Assembly: GCA_003971905.1 (NCBI GenBank)
Contig: RSEE01000009.1
Coordinates: 558,001-622,000, forward strand
Direction of reading: 5' to 3'
Length of the DNA stretch: 64,000 nucleotides
Origin: Moniliella sp. 'wahieum'
Lineage: Eukaryota
Position numbers and translations under genes: made by a program. Shown piece by piece: positions 38,877 through 51,184 of the stretch (its first letter is position 1; each line of letters starts with the position of its first letter). The notes beneath the pieces were generated by a model. The model was given only the letters and a program-made list of their open reading frames with translations. It was not told the origin of the DNA and did not search any database.

Positions 38877-41313
38877 ATGGCCGCTGGCGGCACAAAGCGT
38901 GGCGCTTCGAAATCACCCAGCGCGCGTTCGCGCTCCGGGAGCGCCTCATCGTACACCTCGCGATCGTCATTCTCGTCGTCCCGGTCGGGCTCTGCTTCCG
39001 GCTCGGACTCGGACTCGGACTCGGGCGACGAGGTGGGCCCATGCCGGCGGCCCCGCGCGAAGGCGCCGGTGCCGGTGCCGGGCCTGCCGCCTCCTCTGCC
39101 TCAGCCCCTGCTGTTTCGTCCAAGCCAACCAAGCGCTCTACCAAACGACGCAAACTCGATGCCGCCCAGCAGCGTCGGGCGGCTGCTGTGGCTGAGCAGC
39201 AGCTTGAGGCGTTGCCCCGAAGCGCCCAGTACGCTCAATCGTTCATGCACCGTGACTCGCTCGTCTCGGTCCTGGTTGCTTCCCATCCCGTCGACTTTGT
39301 CGTGACGGCGAGTGTGGATGGGCATGTAAAATTTTGGAAGAAATCTCCGTTGGCTGCGGATGTGCTCGCGGGAAAGGCCGAGACCAACACCAAGGCCAAT
39401 CCCAACAAGCTCCTTCGTGAGGGAGGCATTGAGTTTGCCAAGCATTACCGCGCCCATTTGGAACCGATTGTGGATGCCTCCATCAGTAGCGACGGCATGT
39501 TGTATGCCTCGCTTTCCACCGACAAGACAGCGAAAGTGTTTGACGTGGCCAATTTTGACATGATCAACATCCTCACCTTTCCCTTTGTGCCTCGCTCATG
39601 CTGTTGGGTGCACAGAAGGGGACATGGCGATGCGCTGCTTGCCGTCTTGGAGCAAGACTCGCCCACAATCCGCATTTATGATGGCCGTGGTGCCTCGGAA
39701 CCAGTTGCGGTGCTGGGAAAGATGCATCGCGCTCCCTGTCATTTGATCCAGTACAATGAGACGTACGATTGTGTCGTCTCTGCCGATGTGGGTGGTATGG
39801 TGGAGTACTGGACGCCCAAGGAACCATTTGAAGTGGCCCCTCCAGCGGGAAAGAAGGTGCTGTGGAAGTACAAGTCGGATACGGATCTACTGGCGTTCAA
39901 AAAGAGCAAGTCGGTCCCCACCTCGCTGGAGTTTTCCCCGATGGCAAACTTTTCTCCACCTTTAGCTTACCCGATCGAGTTGTGCGCATCTTTGACTTTG
40001 CCTCTGCGAAGCTCTACCGTGTTTATGACGAGAGTCTCGCTTCGAACGAGGCGGACCAGGCAAAATGGCAAGCCAAGACTGCCCGTGCTCAAGCTGACCG
40101 ACTGGAAGCCTTAGCCCGGGCCGAAGCGGCTGGCCAAGATCCACCTCCTAATCTGACCGAAGCGGCATGCACCTCCCTCCCGCGCTGCGGGCTGCGCTTT
40201 ACCCGCATCCGCTTGACGAGATGGAGTTTGGTCGTCGCATCGCGTTGGAACGTGAGCTGGACCAGGCCCTCACCTCGGCACCGGGACGAATTGGCCAAGG
40301 GGCGGTACGGTCTGCAACTGGCCTGACACGGGCCAATGTGGTATTTGACGAGTCGGGCAACTTTATTCTGTACGCAAGCTTGTTTGGTATCAAGGTAGTG
40401 CACCTGGAGGACAATCGGTTGCGTGCGATCCTGGGACGGGACGAAGGGTTGCGATTCCTCCAGTTGAACTTGTTCCAAGGGTTGGCTGTGGACCCGGCGC
40501 GAAACGGCGGGTGTTGTCGATCGACTTGATTGCGTCTGAGAACCCGTTGGTAGCTCAGGCAAGGGACGTCCCGGACCCTACGTTGTTTGCGACGGCATAC
40601 AAGCGCTCTCGCTTTTACCTTTTCTCCCAGTTTGAGCCCGACTCGACCCCAAGGCGGCCCAGCACGCGGGAGATCGGGATGTGTTTAACGAGAAGCCTAC
40701 AAGGGAGGAGATGGCCTTGGCAAGCACCTCCTCTGGCCCCAAGGCCCAGAGGAGCGTCCGCCTCGCCTCTTCCGCCACCCTCCACACCACCTTGGGCGAC
40801 ATTCATGTCCGTTTTTTCCCCTCCTTGGTCCCGCGCACAGTGGAGAATTTTGTTGGTTTGGCCAAGCAAGGCAAGTATGACGGTACGACGTTCCACCGCG
40901 TTATCCCCAAGTTTATGATCCAAGGTGGTGACTATGAAAATGGAGATGGCACCGGCGGTTCTTCGCTCTGGGGCGGCAACTTTGAAGACGAATTTCACCC
41001 CATGCTCGACCACTCTAAACCATACATGCTCTCTATGGCCAATGCCGGCCCGAACACGGTACGTTTCCTTCTCCTCACCCTTCCTTTGCCATCGTCTCCC
41101 GTTTGACTCGGCTGACAGGACGCGTCCCCTTGCCCAGAATGGCATCAGTTCTTCATTACTACAGCGCCTACCAGCTGGCTCGATCGGAAACATTCAGTGT
41201 TCGGCTCAGTCACTGCCGGTTTCGACGTTGTGCAGGCGATTGAGAATGCGCGAACAGACAAGCTGGATCGGCCGCACAAGGACATCAAGATTGTTAACAT
41301 CACCCTAACCTAG
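38877..41313 (+). CDS. PPWD1: WD40-repeat cyclophilin (PPWD1/Cyp15)
   Basis: [61 protein letters not shown]; cyclophilin [14 protein letters not shown]...[15 protein letters not shown]. Confidence 0.95.
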
Positions 41314-41466
41314 GTCCAATCAATCTACGGGTGGCATATAAAGATGCAAACCCAATGGGGTTTCCGGTCCGAGAACAGTGGTGGCTAGTACAGGGGATAC
41401 GTATTGTCGATGCATCGTGCGCGTGACACAAATATAAGTAGGAAAAGAGAGCAACGAGGGGTGGGC

Positions 41467-42937
41467 TTAAGCTGTGTCGACAACAGTGACCAGCGAGCGT
41501 TCGTAGTTCCCCGACGTCTCACGTTTGATGCGAACCGAGAGATCCTGATTATGGGCTCGGCGATAGGCTTGTTTGACCGCCTGGAACCGGGCCCGATTCC
41601 AGGACGCGCGGCAGACGCGACGAACCAAATCCCGGTCTTTCGTACCAGCTCCATCCATCGCTTTGAAGATCAGGTCGGCATCCCGCTGGACACCATACCC
41701 TTGTACCCCCGCTGGGTCCTCAGCCCCCGTGGCGATATAGACCACCCCCTGCTGCATATGCCCGCTAAAGTCACCCGACAAGGCAGACGAAAGCGACTTG
41801 TGGTGCACTTGCTTGTAGCGCTGGGCGATGGCCACCAATTGAGCGTCGTTGCGAGACAGCAAGATGGATGTAATCGCGTCTTCGTCGGTACCAGCTCCGC
41901 GCATGGCCTTGTACAGTTGCCGTACATCCTCCTCTACGCGCCTGGGATCCACAGGAGCATGTTCTTCCCGAGCGCCGGCCAGAGCCTGGGCAAACATGCG
42001 CTTGGTTTTGAACGACAGTTCGCCGGCTACCGCATCCTCGAGACGCTTGCTGTACGTGGCGTGGTAGGCCGACTTGAGCAAGTGGATGTCAGAGTTGGAT
42101 CGCCCCAAGAGGATTTCGGTGAGTACAGACTCATCCGTTCCCGCTCCCTTCATGGCCCTCAAGGCCACCACGTCCCCCATCACGGGACCGTACACTTGGA
42201 ACCGAAGCACTGCCTCGTACCATCCACTCACATCGCCTTCCACCGCCTTCATCAGATCCTTGCCCTTGTACTGCTTGTACCCGGTGCGGACTGCATCAAT
42301 GACAAAGGGATCATGCTGGGTGCACAGCTCGTGGATCAGGGTCTTGTCGTCCGTACCGAACCCCTTCATCGCCTTGTAGATCCGCTCCACCCTGCCCGCC
42401 ACATCCATCGCCGGGGCAGCGGTGAGGGGTTGGTGTGGAGGCGGAGGCGGCACGGGAATGCCCAGGTAGGTGAACCCACCGCCTGGCGCAGCAGGGCCAG
42501 GAGCAGGGCCCGCAGCAAACGCTTGGCCATAGCTGCCGGCATGGCCGTGCGCAGGGCCGGGAGGGGCACCATACGGCTGCTGGGGAGGGGGCGGACGGGG
42601 TGGGGGGCGTATTGCTGTTGCTGTGGGGGAGGGGCGCCGTACGCTGGCTGGGAGGGAGGGTAGGAGGGGGGGGGATAGCCTTGGGGAGCGCCCTGGGGGG
42701 CGGGTATCCCTGGGAAGGACCCTGGGGGGTGGATAGCCTTGGGGAGCGCCTTGGGGCGGTGGATAGCCTTGAGGTGCGCCCTGGGGGGCGGGTAGCCTTG
42801 GGGAGCGCCCTGGGGCGGCGGTAGCCGCCATAGGCACCGGCTTGCGGGGGCGGAGGGTAGCCGGCGGGAGGGTAGGGGGGGCGCGGGGGCGGGTAGTTGC
42901 CTGCGGGTGCGCGTGGATCGCCGTAGTACGCGGCCAT
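41467..42937 (-). CDS. Fungal annexin with Pro/Gly/Tyr/Gln-rich N-terminal tail
   Basis: Four annexin repeats (AMKGFGTDD, AMKGAGTDE, AMRGAGTDE, AMDGAGTKD), ETSGNYER; N-terminal PQGAPQGYPP repeats. Confidence 0.93.
42666..42830 (-). repeat. Coding ~30-bp tandem repeat (PQGAPQGYPP) in the annexin N-terminus
   Basis: About five degenerate units such as GGGGAGCGCCCTGGGGGGCGGGTAGCCTT on the + strand. Confidence 0.8.
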
Positions 42938-43952
42938 GGGCGTGTGTTTGGCAGAAGCGAGGCTGGCCGAGGAGCGGGGCTGGGGACGCAACGGGCGGGG
43001 TCTTAAGTACACGCGCTGCCGACGCGCACGCACACTTCTCCCCTGCTGGGATGGGGCTGTGCGCTGCCCTCGGCTGCTGTGCGCGGCGGCGCCCCAGTCG
43101 GACATGGCCGACACACCAGCGCGACGGCCTCACCATCATGCATCATTCTTCCCCGCCAGCCCCCAGTCTCTGCCGTGCTACCGTCCCGCGTCCCGCGTCA
43201 CGCGTCACATGTCACATCCACACGCACATCCCCGTCTCACATCCCCGGCCCAGCACACGGCAGCGCACCGCTGGAGCTGCACGCATGCGCCTGACGTCAC
43301 CGTGCTGTCTGTGCCATCAACCCGTCACGTGCGCGGCCCCATCGCACACTGCCCACAGGCGGCGCGGGTGCTGACATGCTGACCGCTGACCAGTGATCCC
43401 CGGCTTGGCTGTCCACCGTTGCTCGGCTGGCAGTGGCTATGGCTGCGCAGTCGGCGCATTCAGCATGTCAGGCCTGTCCTGTCACATGTCGGACTGACAC
43501 CTCAGGTTATCCACCTCGTTGCTCTTCGTCTCCGAGCCCTTGGTGCCTGCGGTCGATCCGATGGGATCCTACACGCTACGCCGCTTCCTATGGCTCTCGG
43601 CATGACGTGGTTGGCTGCTCTTCGTATGAACAGCGTTCGTTGATGCACACCATGCCCTGGGGACTTCGACGAATCAATGAGGGTCATGAAGAGGCAGAGT
43701 AAGCATAGAATCTGTCATGGATGAATCGATTGCTGGAGAGTCCAGGCTCAACGTTCACTACGTTCACACGAACGAGGGATCCATCCCCACGTAACCCATT
43801 CCCACCCATGGATCATGTGTATCAAGGCGGTCTCCCGGTTGGAGCTGTATACTCCATCCACACAGCAGCTGTCGTCCACACCCCCCAGGGCCACTCTAGG
43901 GAGCCAGGCAGGCTACCGTGTTCCAGCACGAAAAGGCAATGGGTTAGCAGGT

Positions 43953-45079
43953 TCACATAATGACCACATCCTTCCACCATCCACCAACACCCTTCTGGAA
44001 ATACGTACGATTCCAAGTCACGCCCACGCCCGTCTCGAGTGTGTCGAGGAAACGCATGTCGTCCGCACTCAGAGCAAAATCAAACACCTTCGCATTCTCG
44101 TCAAGTGCCGTCCGGTGCCCTTGGGAATGACAATGTAGCCCTTTTGAAGCGACCAACGAATCAGAATCTGAGCTGGGGTCTTTCCCAGCTTCTGCTCATG
44201 ATCAAAAAAAGGGTGGGGGGGTTGAGACACCCAGAGTTAGTCAAAAGAGGAGGTTCCAGGTACAATCGCCCAACGTACCCGTCCCACGGCGTGAATCTCA
44301 GTGCTTCAAGGTGCTGTCCCCTTCCAAGAGGAGAATACGCCTCGATCGCAATGCTGTACTTGGCCACGACAGCCGACGAGATGATCTCCTTCCGCTGGAA
44401 AAAGGGAGTCACCTCGATCTGATTGAGAACAGGAGGACTACATACGTATCATCGCCGGTCAGCTCAACAGTTCAAGGACAGATGGTCCCCAACTCACTCA
44501 TTTGGAAAGGCAGCAACCAATTCTTCGAGATGGTGCACGCCATAATTCCTGCCAGAAAAGGGTTAGCGTTGCCAGCTAGGCCGGGTACCCTTGGTCCTTC
44601 CATATGGGCCAAATTGGAGAGGTAACGTACGAGACACCGATCGACTTGACCAGTCCTTGCTTCTTGGCCTCGATCAATCCAGCCCAGGCTTTCAGACGCG
44701 CCTCTTTCCCTGGGCGGGGGCTATGAATGAGCATGAGGTCCAGCGTGGAACCGAGCTGGGCCACACTCTCTTTCACAGCGCGCAGCGCATCCTCGTGCTG
44801 ATCGTCCCTGATCTTGGAGGTGATAAAGATGTGTTCGCGCTTGGTTCCTTGCGTATTGATGCTCGGATCGGTGAGAAAGTTGCGCACACCCTTGCCTACT
44901 GCGTCTTCGTTCCCATACCACACGGCCGTGTCAATGTGGCGAACGCCAAGGCCCAACGCACGTTGGACAGATGCCACGGCATCGTTGCCGCGGCTCATGT
45001 AGACTCCGATGCCAAGTTGCGGGATGGCCTGTCCATCAGACAGGCGAACGGTGGTCTGCAGAGTGAGGGGACTGGTCAT
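43953..45079 (-). CDS. Aldo-keto reductase
   Basis: IPQLGIGVY, HIDTAVWYGNE, IFITSK, DLMLIHSP (catalytic D/Y/K/H), VKSIGVS, NQIEVTPF, EAYSPL, ENAKVFDFALS. Confidence 0.93.
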
Positions 45080-45363
45080 AGCACACCGCGAACGATGGAG
45101 ACGGTGGGGCGAGCAACGCATCGGATTCATAAGCGCCATCAGCGTCAGCGCTCAGCTTGCGATGTATAGCCCGCTTGGCTTGTGGCCCTGGCGCATCAGC
45201 GTCATGTGATGCAAGGGCTCGGCGTCCCGGATGATACAGTCGGGCAGCAGAAATTTTGAAACGGCGAGCCGGAAGGCCATGGCAGATCGCATCCTGCCCG
45301 ACCTGAGCGCTGCGTGTTGCGTCTCCACTTAACCTCTGCCCCACCATCACCATTGCCCTCACC

Positions 45364-46140
45364 ATGCGCAACGCCCTTGCCCTATCTAGGACGCGCGCAT
45401 CGACCCCGTTTCCAATAAGAAGGTCATTTGCTACGTCACGATTGACTGCGGCCGAGCTTGTCCAGCCGTATGTGGTGGGGAAGCCACCCGGCGACCGGCC
45501 CTTGGTGCGTTACTCTTTTCCGCCTAGCTGCCCCAGGGTGGAAGCGCTGACGCGAGCGTTTGGAATGTAGGATGGGATGCGCGCCACGATTGTGGGTGTG
45601 CTTTTAGGTGCAGGAACTGCGTACGCGTATGCCCAAACTGTGCTGGCACCCAAGTATGCGGCAAACGTGGCGTTGATGGACCGGACAATGGAGGCGGTGG
45701 AGCAGAGGTCCCAAGAAGTGGCGGTCGAGTTTGCTCGTGTGTCGGATTTGGAGGCCATGCTGAGCGCAGCGATCCTCGAGTTGGCTAACAAAGATGAGAT
45801 GGCGGCGCATCGGGCGGGCTTGTTGCGCGAGTCGGACGAGCTCTATGCCAAGATCCTCCAGTTGCGGCAAACCCTCTGGAGTGTGGGTATGTGTTTCCAT
45901 TCTCGCTTCTTCCCTCCAACGGTGCGAAAGAGGTGCCACGTGCTGACCCTGTCTCTCCACTCCACTGCTTCAGATAACGATGTACACAATACTCTCAAGA
46001 AACACGACTTTAGTCCGCCTCTCGATCCTAGGGTCGCTCTTCAGAGGGGCCTAAGCTCGTGTAGCAATGCAAATCAAAACATACATAATCCGATGGGGTA
46101 TCCAGCAAGAACAGGTTGGACAGGGGGGGGGGGGTCATGA
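45364..46140 (+). CDS. Hypothetical mitochondrial single-TM coiled-coil protein (3 exons; 3' end uncertain)
   Basis: Presequence-like MRNALALSRTRASTPFPIRRSFATS; intron ~45505-45570; TM TIVGVLLGAGTAYAY; helical C-part; second intron ~45887-45973. Confidence 0.65.
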
Positions 46141-47397
46141 GCCATAGGGTCGGGGGCGACGTGGAGCGTGTACCGGATCGTCATTTGAACGTAGGCTGCT
46201 ATGCACAAGATCAATATCGTGGCCATGGGCCGACGCGGGAGCAACACTTGGGGGGTAACGTTAGTGGGCCGTAGCTGCAGATAGGTTCAAGTAAGTGCCA
46301 CGTACCTCCTAATGCAACCCTGCGCTTACGCCGCCAATCAAAGTGCGTGCAACCCAGTCAATGGAAAAGTCGGCATGGCCAGCAACGAGCAGAGCAGTGT
46401 GACGCAACCAAGCTGCTGGGGTGGCCCCCTCGGTATCGGTTAAAGAAGGACCCAGTTCATCGGAACTCTCGTTCCAGCTCGCGTCGCCGTCGGAGCGCCA
46501 GAGAAAATTGAGGAGGAGGAGGAACAAGGGGTGAGGAGGACAGAATCAGGGCCAATGGAATCAACGAGGGCTCAAAGCTCTTCGGCTCCCATCCCTGGCT
46601 CTACCAAAGAGAGGTCCACTTCGGTGTCTGCGTGAGTAGGAACCGCGACAGGCTGGGTCGCCTCTGCCACCGGCTCATTCTCAGCAAGTTTGCCCCTCGG
46701 GCCTGGATGCTGTTCAGAGGGGAAGCATCGGATACACTGGACAATCCAAGTATGACGCCTTGCCATGCAATCGTTTCTGATACAAGGGGGTGGCATTAGC
46801 CCTGTGCACGAATGGAGGGGCAGAAGCAACAACGTACCAATGGCTGTGGCGACAACCACCAGCGCGTACGAACCAAACACGGGTTGGAGGTCGCTGAGTG
46901 TGCCGGCTCTCGGCACCAGGCGAAATTGGTGGGGAAGAAACTTGTGGATCAAAAGGTCCAGTGGGGTACTCTCTTCCGTGGCTACGTTGCTCTGCGCCAT
47001 ATACAGGGTGGTCCAGCGGAGGTCTGACAATGGCAGATCAGGTCAGCGCACCACACGGACACCCGGACGGATCCGCCCTTGGCAGCGGACCAACATGCAG
47101 GTCGCACGTACACGCATCCACCAAGACAACCGCCATAAGATAGCGCCTACCTTTCCCCATTTGCGCCAGTGCGTGCCTGCGGACGCGAGGGCGGCGGAGC
47201 GAGGTTGAAAGGAGGTGTGACGATACACCGCGAGGCTTGACCAGCAGCAGGTCCAGCACGGCCAGGAGGGAGTCGTGTTCGAGGTAAGGGTCGGCAAAGT
47301 GGCGGCAGACAGGGCACTTGGTGCAGACGATGCTGACCGTGCCATACGTCGAGTAGAGCGAGGGGACGAGGTGGCCACAGTGCACACAGAGCGGCAT
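46075..47397 (-). CDS. ARV1: Arv1 ER lipid/sterol homeostasis protein
   Basis: MPLCVHCGHLVPSLYSTYG...CPVCRHFADPYLEHD..LDLLLVKP..YRH (Arv1 homology domain), followed by TM segments; 3' end approximate. Confidence 0.9.
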
Positions 47398-47692
47398 GGC
47401 GGGCGGGCGGGCATGGGCCAGGCCAAGCGACGCAGGTGTTGGACGCGAAAATTCTCCGCAAGGCAGGCCAGACGAGCGTGTTGGTCTGGGCCGCACGACG
47501 GCTGTGTCGGCTGCCATCGATGCCATAGCCTGGGTGCCCATGCGGGCGGAACGTGATAGGGCGGAACTGGGGTCGTTGGCTGTCGTGCCCTGGATTACGT
47601 ACTGGCCCCGCGCCGCTCAGGCGGCCGGTTGCCGACATGTCCGTGCGAGCATGGCTGGCGTTGCCCCGCCCACCACCACCGCCACCGCCACC

Positions 47693-48326
47693 ATGTCTGC
47701 GCCTCAATGGGAAGTGCGAATGAGCAAAACGCGTCAGGTGCCCTACTTCTATGACGCAGCCAACCATGTGAGCAGCTGGGAGGAGCCCGCCGGCCTTACC
47801 CCCGAGGCCATCAATGCCTTGCCCGGCGCTGCCCAGTACCTCCACCAGCCCGGCAGCGTCGCGCGTCTCACATCCTCGTCAAGCACGCCCAGTCGCGCCG
47901 GCCCTCGTCCCACCGCCATCAGGTCATCACCCGTTCCCCTCAGGAGGCCGAAGCTACGATCCAGGGCTTCATCCAGCAGCTTGGCCCCAACCCGACCCGG
48001 CCTTGTTTGCCAAGTTGGCTGCCGAAAACAGGTAGGTATAGCTCCTCGCTTTCTCTCTATCTTCTTTTCTCGCTCGTTTGCCTTTCACTGCTCTTCTTTG
48101 GTCAACTTCCCCCACCCCCCTTCCCTCCCAATTGCTAACTACATTTTTGTGTACTGTGCTGTGCTACAGTGACTGTTCCTCTGCTCGAGCCGGTGGGGAC
48201 CTGGGGTGTTTCAGCGCGGCCAGATGCAAAAGCCATTTGAGGATGCTGCATACAGCTTGCCCGTCGGCGGCATCACGGTGTTGTCCAAACCGAATCGGTA
48301 CTCACGTTATCCTGCGCACAGCTTGA
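47693..48326 (+). CDS. PIN1: Parvulin PPIase with WW domain (Pin1/Ess1)
   Basis: WW domain [15 protein letters not shown]...[20 protein letters not shown]; intron ~48032-48168; [20 protein letters not shown]-stop. Confidence 0.93.
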
Positions 48327-49016
48327 CGGGACCATGAACGTTGAACCTTCGAACCCTCGCTACCGGCGGGCTGATGTCTCGCAGCTGATTGGCTTGGTCC
48401 AAGTCGTGTCCCCTCGCAAAACTTCATCCCATTGTTGGATTCGGATTTGAGCTACTAATCATGAACTGTCCATAGGAGAAGCATTTGTGGCGGTTGGGAA
48501 GGATGCGCGGCAGGGTGTCCGAAGGGGCGATAATGGCATGCATTGGTAGGCAAGACTCAATGGAACTACATACATACCCGAGCCGGTGCCAATCCGAGAC
48601 CAGAGTTTAAGGATGCCTGAAAGGCGGCGTGGGACCAAGCAGGCCGGAGTTGAGCTAGGCCATGTTCATACCGCCCGTTGGACGCTAGCTGGGTTCGAGG
48701 AGGTCAAGACTCCCAAAGCGAGGGACGGTAGAGAACGGCGTCCTGCGCAAGGCGATTAACTAGTATCAGCGACAGCTGCTACTTAGAGAGAGAGACGACT
48801 CCAGTTTTGGTTGCCGAGGTAGATCCAAGCTCATTTCACCCACACCACTACTGGGTCGATGCGTGCTAGGAAGCGTCAAGCAGACTCACCGCCATAAGAC
48901 CAACTGGGAAGGTACAGAGTACAGACAAAAGTGCTTCCACTTGTTACGACCTGCGATGCGATTTTGGCGATCGTCCGGTTATATCGACAACGACCAATCC
49001 AAGTTGCAAACCATCA

Positions 49017-49110
49017 GGCAATGCCCCGAGCGGTTAAGGGGATTGATTAGAACTGCATTCTAACCATCAATTAGGCTCTGCCTGCACAGGTTCGAATCCT
49101 GTCATTGTCG
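49017..49110 (+). tRNA. tRNA-Ser(AGA) with a 13-nt intron (49053-49065)
   Basis: Acceptor GGCAATG/CATTGTC+G; D arm CCCGAGCGGTTAAGGG; anticodon stem ATTGA/TCAAT with TT-AGA-A; long variable arm AGGC-TCT-GCCT; T arm ACAGG-TTCGAAT-CCTGT; followed by T7. Confidence 0.93.
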
Positions 49111-49111
49111 A

Positions 49112-49118
49112 TTTTTTT
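49112..49118 (+). terminator. RNA polymerase III oligo-T terminator
   Basis: TTTTTTT two bases after the tRNA discriminator. Confidence 0.8.
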
Positions 49119-49295
49119 GTGGCGTCCCTATCTGCATGGGCGCGGTGAGCGCTGAGCGACGCAAAAGTCGATGACGAGCAGCTCGATTCCGCCGCTCCGC
49201 CACTCGCCTCGGGCGCTGCGTACGAGTGAGTCGCTGGGACAGGCTGAGCATCTGAGCCGCGCCTGCTCCTCGCCCGCCCACACCGCCTACCCGCC

Positions 49296-50851
49296 ATGTC
49301 GCATCCGAACAAGATGCGCTCGGCGGCCCTGAAGCTGCTGTCGGCGCGCTGGCCGGCCGAGGTGCTGCACTACCGGTTCCGCACCCAGCGCGGCGTCAAC
49401 CTCGGCACCTGTTCTCCTCTCGAGACGTGGCTGGTGCCATCGCTGTTTGAGGGCGTGCGGGACGGCAAGAGCGAGTACGACTTGAATGCGCAGCTGCCGG
49501 CGGCCGAGGTGGGGAGGCGGTTGCGTCGCCACTGGGCCAGTTGGGTCACCGAGCCCGATTGGACCTGGTTGGTGCAGCAGCGGGTGAATACGGTGCGGTT
49601 GCCAATCGGCTACTTTCACTTTGTGCCCGACTTGGCGCCGCACTGATGCGCGGGACGGAGTACGAGCGTTCGCACCGACCTACACTGGTGCCTGGGCCTA
49701 CGTCACACAGGCCATTGAGGCGGCTGCGCGGCATGGGATGGGAGTGCTGGTGGACCTGCATGGTGCGCCGGGCGGACAAGGTGTGGATGGCCATACCGGT
49801 CTCACCATCCACGAGGCCGGCTTGTGGTCCGGCCCCAATGCCCAAGCCAACCAGCGGCGACGATTGCGATGCTCGTGACGCTCCAACGGGCTGTGGGCGC
49901 CTACACCAATGTGGTCGGATCGAATTGCTCAACGAGCCCAAGAATGGCAACCACCTCACTGCGTTTTACGCCGAGCGATCGCTGCGATGCGCAGGCCGTT
50001 CCCACCCGCACCGCCGAGCAACTGCAAATCAACTCGTGCCGCTGTACGTGTCGGATGCCTGGTCGCTGGATTGGTACGCGGCCCAATTTGGGGTCCGGTC
50101 CGGTGTCGGTTGTTGAACCCGCTCGTGGTGGACCATCACTTGTACCGCGCCTTTACCCCGGCAGACCACAAGACACTGTGTGCCGAGCATGCCTTGCTCG
50201 CCCGTCCGGGCCACAAGACCTTCGATTTCTTTGCTTTGCACGGCGCCAAAGCCCAGGGCAACTTGATCCTGGGCGAATGGTCCGCTGCGCTCCACTTTAC
50301 CTCGTGGGACAAGGCAAGCGACAAACGGGCGCAACAAGCCGATTGGGCCCACTCCCAACTCGCTCTCATCGAAGCAACCTGTGCCGGCCAGTTTTTTTGG
50401 ACGTACAAAAAAGAAGGCAAGCCAGATTTAGGATGGGGATTTTACTCGGCGGTCGAGCAAGGTATCTTGCCCTCCCACTTGCTTGCGTTTGCTCTCGGCC
50501 GCTCCCCCGAAAGTGTGCCGGACGAAAGGGCGGCTCAACGGGCCGGCAGCGCGGCAGAACAAGCAGCGGTAGCAAGTTTGCCGCCCCAAGCGGACCAAAC
50601 CCGGTTTCGACATGGGTTCCAACAAGCGTGGCAGGACGCTTCGCTCTGGTGGTACCACCCCTCACAATGGGCCGAGGGCAACCGTCGGCTACCGCAAGAT
50701 GCTGGCATGCATCCGCTTGGCCCAATACCAAGCCCAGCACGGCCGGTCGCGCACCGACTTTGCGTATGACCACGGCTTCCTTGCTGCGCTCGATGCGTTT
50801 GACCGGTTCCTCTCGTGGCCTGTGACATGCGTTACTCGACCGGGTGAGTGA
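49296..50851 (+). CDS. Glycoside hydrolase family 5 (exo-beta-1,3-glucanase-like, no obvious signal peptide)
   Basis: RGVNLG..LETWLVPSLF, HWASWVTEPDW, NTVRLPIGY, VDLHGAPGGQ, IELLNEP (acid/base), VDHHLY, ILGEWS (nucleophile), FFWTYK. Confidence 0.92.
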
Positions 50852-51184
50852 GGGGCGTTGTGTGGATCTGCATTCAAAACTAGGACGATCAGATCGCGCT
50901 TAAAGTGGGATGAGGCATCGATGAAGATGATCCACTGCGATGGATCGATCCGCTTCCTTGTCCTTTTCCTTCCCTCCTCCCCGGCCTCACCCTCCCCTTT
51001 TTTCTTCGCACTTTTTTTGCCCCCTGTCTTCCCCATTGGACCTTTCCTCTTCCATCTTCCATCTTCCATCTTCCATCTTGGTTCCCCGCCGTGCCATCCA
51101 CAGGGGACACAATCGATAGGTAAATAGTCCCCGCCCTGCCCGTTCTTCCGTCTATGCACGACACGAGGTTACAAAGTTACGAGG

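Noticed and set aside
41404..42663. 419-aa plus-strand ORF and many other long antisense ORFs (e.g. 34285-35427, 54497-55558)
   Set aside because: These are shadows of GC-rich real genes on the opposite strand or in another frame, with no independent motifs.
43953..43970. AKR C-terminus ...DVVIM as a CAAX box
   Set aside because: No cysteine at the -4 position.
48340..49010. Possible ncRNA or gene between PIN1 and the tRNA
   Set aside because: No convincing C/D or H/ACA boxes, snRNA similarity or coding motif visible.
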